NCBI GenBank assembly: GCA_029856435.1
Contig: JAHQXB010000067.1
Span: 1-18,909, forward strand
Source of the DNA: Candidatus Jordarchaeia archaeon
Lineage (GTDB): Archaea > Asgardarchaeota > Jordiarchaeia > Jordiarchaeales > Jordiarchaeaceae
Direction of reading: 5' to 3'
DNA length: 18,909 nucleotides
In this document: positions 16,404-18,909 of the stretch, one piece after another
How the letters are laid out: each line of letters starts with the position of its first letter
Numbering within the stretch: the first letter of the stretch is position 1
Notes under the pieces: generated by a model
Told to the model about the DNA's origin: nothing
Seen by the model: only the letters and a program-made list of their open reading frames with translations
The model's database searches: none
Program-made: the position numbers and the translations under genes

Positions 16404-16627
16404 CTGGAACGATTTTACCCACCCAACTTTTTGGGTATGAATTCCCTTGGTCGTCGATTCTAATAGTTGCATTTTACGTGGGCGTCGTAGTGATTTGGGT
16501 CATCGTGGCCCGATGGGTTTATGGGGATGCAAATGAACGTGGTATGGATGCTGCACTTTGGGCAGTTCTGGTATTCCTATTTGGGCTAATAGCACTTATT
16601 ATCTATCTGGTTAAAAGACCGAGCTAA
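16404..16627 (+). CDS. Small PLDc_N-like two-helix membrane protein (5' end damaged; intact GTG start possible at 16478)
   Basis: IWVIVARWVYGDANERGMDAALWAVLVFLFGLIALIIYLVKRPS* matches WVY.DA..RG...W..LV...G....IYL..R; GGAGG SD at 16395-16399; not in the ORF track. Confidence 0.7.
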
Positions 16628-16711
16628 ACCTATCCAAACGCTGGAAACTTAGAATGTTGACAGATTATCCGTCAAGGAAAAGTCACTTACCAAGAAGCAA
16701 GAGATTCAGAA

Positions 16712-17860
16712 TCATTCCACTGATATGGGGTACTTCCCATACCTTTTTATGGAGTTTATGAAGGCTTCGAAGTTTTCGGCTGGCGTGTCTACGGGGATAG
16801 GGTCACTTATTACAGCGCAGCCCCCGCCGGGACCAAGTATCTTTATTTTACTTTTAATGTAGTTTTCTATTTCTTTGGGCGTGCCTTTGCTTATGAGGGC
16901 TGATCCCACTCCAAATGCCCATGGTTTGTGGAGCCTGTGTGACATTTCCTTGACCCTCTCAGCTGGTAGCCAGTCGGACTCCAACATGATAAGGAAGCCC
17001 ATCTGTGTACCGGTCTTCGTCACAGAGTCTTCAACGATTTGCTCCCACTGAGGGATTTCGCAAACAGGGTAGCCCCCAACCCACAGTGCCATTCCCAGTT
17101 TCTTTATAAGTTCCGCTGCGTATGGAAACACGTAATCGTAGACTATTTGGGGGCTGGCTGGAGGGATACATGAGAAAGCATCATTTATAGTGGGAACTGC
17201 TGCAACCCCCGCTGCTTCCCTCTGAGTTTTCACAAAGGTTTCAATAACATCAACGCAGAAATCCAGTAGCCTCTCCACGAATGCGGGGTTTTTTCTGGTT
17301 TCTCTAACTAAATTGTTGAAACCCCTCAATTGCACCGCCAGCGACCAGGGACCATTAGCCACTATGCCCAGAAGACCATAATTTCCCAGTTTCTCCAAGT
17401 ATAGCCTGTTTCCCTCCATAACGTAAGGTCCGCGGCCAGCCTTTGTGAAGTCGGGTATATCCAGTTTTTCCAGTTCCTTGGGCTCCTTAATTAGGGGTTC
17501 AAGGATAACCGGCCAGCTGTTTTCAGGATAGTACATTTTTGCCCCCAAGGCTTCGGGCTCAAAATTGTAAAGGTCAGAAAGGTTAACCACGGTGTCCATT
17601 TTGAATTTCACAGCTGTGTAGAGTTGGGCGTAGAGCATTTTTTTAGCGTCTGTGCAAAGTTCCCTAATTGTTATTCCTGCCATTCTTGCTGAGAACTGGT
17701 GCACCGTGGTTGAGACTGGCATTCTATCCGGCTCTTGAAAAAACATAATCTTTGTGAATCTTTCCAAGAAAGATTGAGGCTCCTTTGAAACCCTTTCCTT
17801 AAACTGCTCAGCCAACCTATCTATCCAAGCATCAATATTCCCCTCTTCAAATTTGGGCAT
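16712..17860 (-). CDS. URO-D/MtaA-CmuA-fold methyltransferase, paralog 2
   Basis: 382 aa, roughly 60% identical by eye to 10166-11314; GGAGGAG SD. Confidence 0.85.
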   Translation of the reverse strand: MPKFEEGNIDAWIDRLAEQFKERVSKEPQSFLERFTKIMFFQEPDRMPVSTTVHQFSARMAGITIRELCTDAKKMLYAQLYTAVKFKMDTVVNLSDLYNFEPEALGAKMYYPENSWPVILEPLIKEPKELEKLDIPDFTKAGRGPYVMEGNRLYLEKLGNYGLLGIVANGPWSLAVQLRGFNNLVRETRKNPAFVERLLDFCVDVIETFVKTQREAAGVAAVPTINDAFSCIPPASPQIVYDYVFPYAAELIKKLGMALWVGGYPVCEIPQWEQIVEDSVTKTGTQMGFLIMLESDWLPAERVKEMSHRLHKPWAFGVGSALISKGTPKEIENYIKSKIKILGPGGGCAVISDPIPVDTPAENFEAFINSIKRYGKYPISVE

Positions 17861-18336
17861 ACCACTCTCCTCCAGTCAAAAATTATCCACCATAACCTTT
17901 GAAAAATGGGACTAATTACTTAAAACTCTTTTGCAGGAAAGTCTTTGGGTGTTTCAGCCCTTTGAAACTCTTGATTGTAATCAGCCAGCGAAAACCGGGT
18001 GATGTAGAATCGTTCGATTTCGCCTCAAAAAGGGGGTGTTTATAGGGATTCTTTCACGATTTGGAGCCTTATTAGGGAGATGGAGCCGAATAAATCTGCA
18101 TCACCAGCCAGCCACAAAAACAGATCCCTACAAATAGGAGTACTGCCTAAACATATGGATAGCCATCTACCTTTTCAGAAAAACAAACACAAAAAAGAGT
18201 AAAAACTCTAACCCTCTCAGGCTCTTTAGTGCCCGATATTCTGCATTGGGTAATTCTCCGAAATATTCAGTCTGGATCATATTTTTCCTCAAGAGGGAAG
18301 AGTTATATTGTTAAACTTTACTACTTTGTGATACCC

Positions 18337-18582
18337 ATGGTTAAACTTAGACTAAGAGTTGGCCCTAAAGGGCAGATAGTGCTCCCAAAAATGGTGAGGC
18401 ACAAACTGAACATTAAGCCATGCAGTTACGTATTAGCGGACTTCAGGGAGGACAGTCTAATCCTACAGAGAGCGCCGGATGTGGAGGAGTTCTTAGAATG
18501 GTTGAAAAAGTCTCGGAAGCCTCTGGCAAAGGAGGTTTCCAAGCTTAGCATAGAGGATGAGGCCCTTGAAGATATTCCTTGA
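18337..18582 (+). CDS. AbrB/MazE/SpoVT-family antitoxin (81 aa; start reassigned from 18229)
   Basis: MVKLRLRVGPKGQIVLPKMVRHKLNIKP; GTGAT SD upstream of ATG 18337. Confidence 0.85.
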   Translation: MVKLRLRVGPKGQIVLPKMVRHKLNIKPCSYVLADFREDSLILQRAPDVEEFLEWLKKSRKPLAKEVSKLSIEDEALEDIP

Positions 18583-18725
18583 TTCCTCTTACCTGATATA
18601 TCTAAGATACGCGGAAAGTGACACGGTTTTCAATTATGTTATAAAGTTCCTCTTGGAAGCCGTTAAGCAGGAAAAACGCTTAATGGTTAACATGATAGTT
18701 ATAGATGAAACTGTTTGGATTTTAT
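18566..18725 (+). pseudogene. vapC: 5' part of a PIN/VapC toxin interrupted by an IS200/IS605-type insertion
   Basis: MKIFLDSSYLIYL...VIDETVWIL contains the first two PIN acidic residues; PIN-like sequence then stops at a hairpin-bearing element. Confidence 0.75.
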
Positions 18726-18909
18726 CTACACTTCGCAAGAAGACCCCTTCCGAAAGAGAGGGGATGAATTGCGGTTGAACTTAAATAACTCTTACAATCT
18801 AAAAAGTTTTTGGGATGTTCCCTTGCAGAAAATACGACAGAGACCTGAATGCGTGTGTAAATATAGCCCATAGGGTAACGAGCTCTATGGGATGGGGGAG
18901 CCGTGAGCC
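18726..18909 (+). mobile_element. tnpB: Internally deleted IS200/IS605 element: end hairpin plus tnpB 3' remnant, running off the window
   Basis: Hairpin CCCCTTCCGAAAGAGAGGGG (18744-18763); frame from ATG 18815 reads MFPCRKYDRDLNACVNIAHRVTSSMGWGSREP (TnpB RuvC-III DRD.NA..NIA) only about 110 bp from the element start. Confidence 0.75.

Noticed and set aside
10166-17860. Pyrrolysine or selenocysteine read-through in the methyltransferase genes
   Set aside because: Both ORFs are open and full length, with no in-frame TAG or TGA.
18229-18336. N-terminal extension of the second AbrB ORF
   Set aside because: The region contains promoter-like sequence; the AbrB motif and an SD support a start at 18337.
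1-18909. CRISPR array, tRNA, rRNA or integrase att sites
   Set aside because: No regularly spaced repeats, cloverleaf or rRNA-like sequence was seen by eye.

Overview
The window looks archaeal: GGAGG/GGTGA Shine-Dalgarno sites, TATA-like promoters, oligo-T terminators, a GlmD-type deaminase and AbrB-VapC pairs. The lineage cannot be fixed from sequence alone. Left half (0.4-12 kb) is intact metabolism: a Cys-rich polyferredoxin-like protein; a GlcNAc catabolic trio (BadF-type kinase, SIS-type glucosamine-6-P deaminase, NagA); an unannotated 47-aa zinc-ribbon gene; a four-gene operon DUF35 / thiolase-fold / thiolase-fold / DUF35 whose two 'thiolases' lack the catalytic Cys and His and resemble the Ltp3/Ltp4 retro-aldolase; and a corrinoid protein plus a URO-D/MtaA-fold methyltransferase. 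A second 382-aa paralog of that methyltransferase lies 6.5 kb away. Both paralogs lack the canonical HxC...C zinc triad. Between the paralogs is a decaying accessory island: an orphan gene split by a 178-bp MITE (imperfect 22-bp TIRs, 8-bp TSD), an IS630 remnant, an AbrB-VapC pair with a C-terminally extended toxin, and several small genes broken by single-base losses in homopolymers. Both window edges carry tnpB 3' ends. The right one appears to be an internally deleted IS200/IS605 mini-element (left-end hairpin joined almost directly to the tnpB 3'/omegaRNA region) inserted into a vapC gene. No tRNA, rRNA or CRISPR array was seen. Family assignments come from recalled motifs, not database searches.
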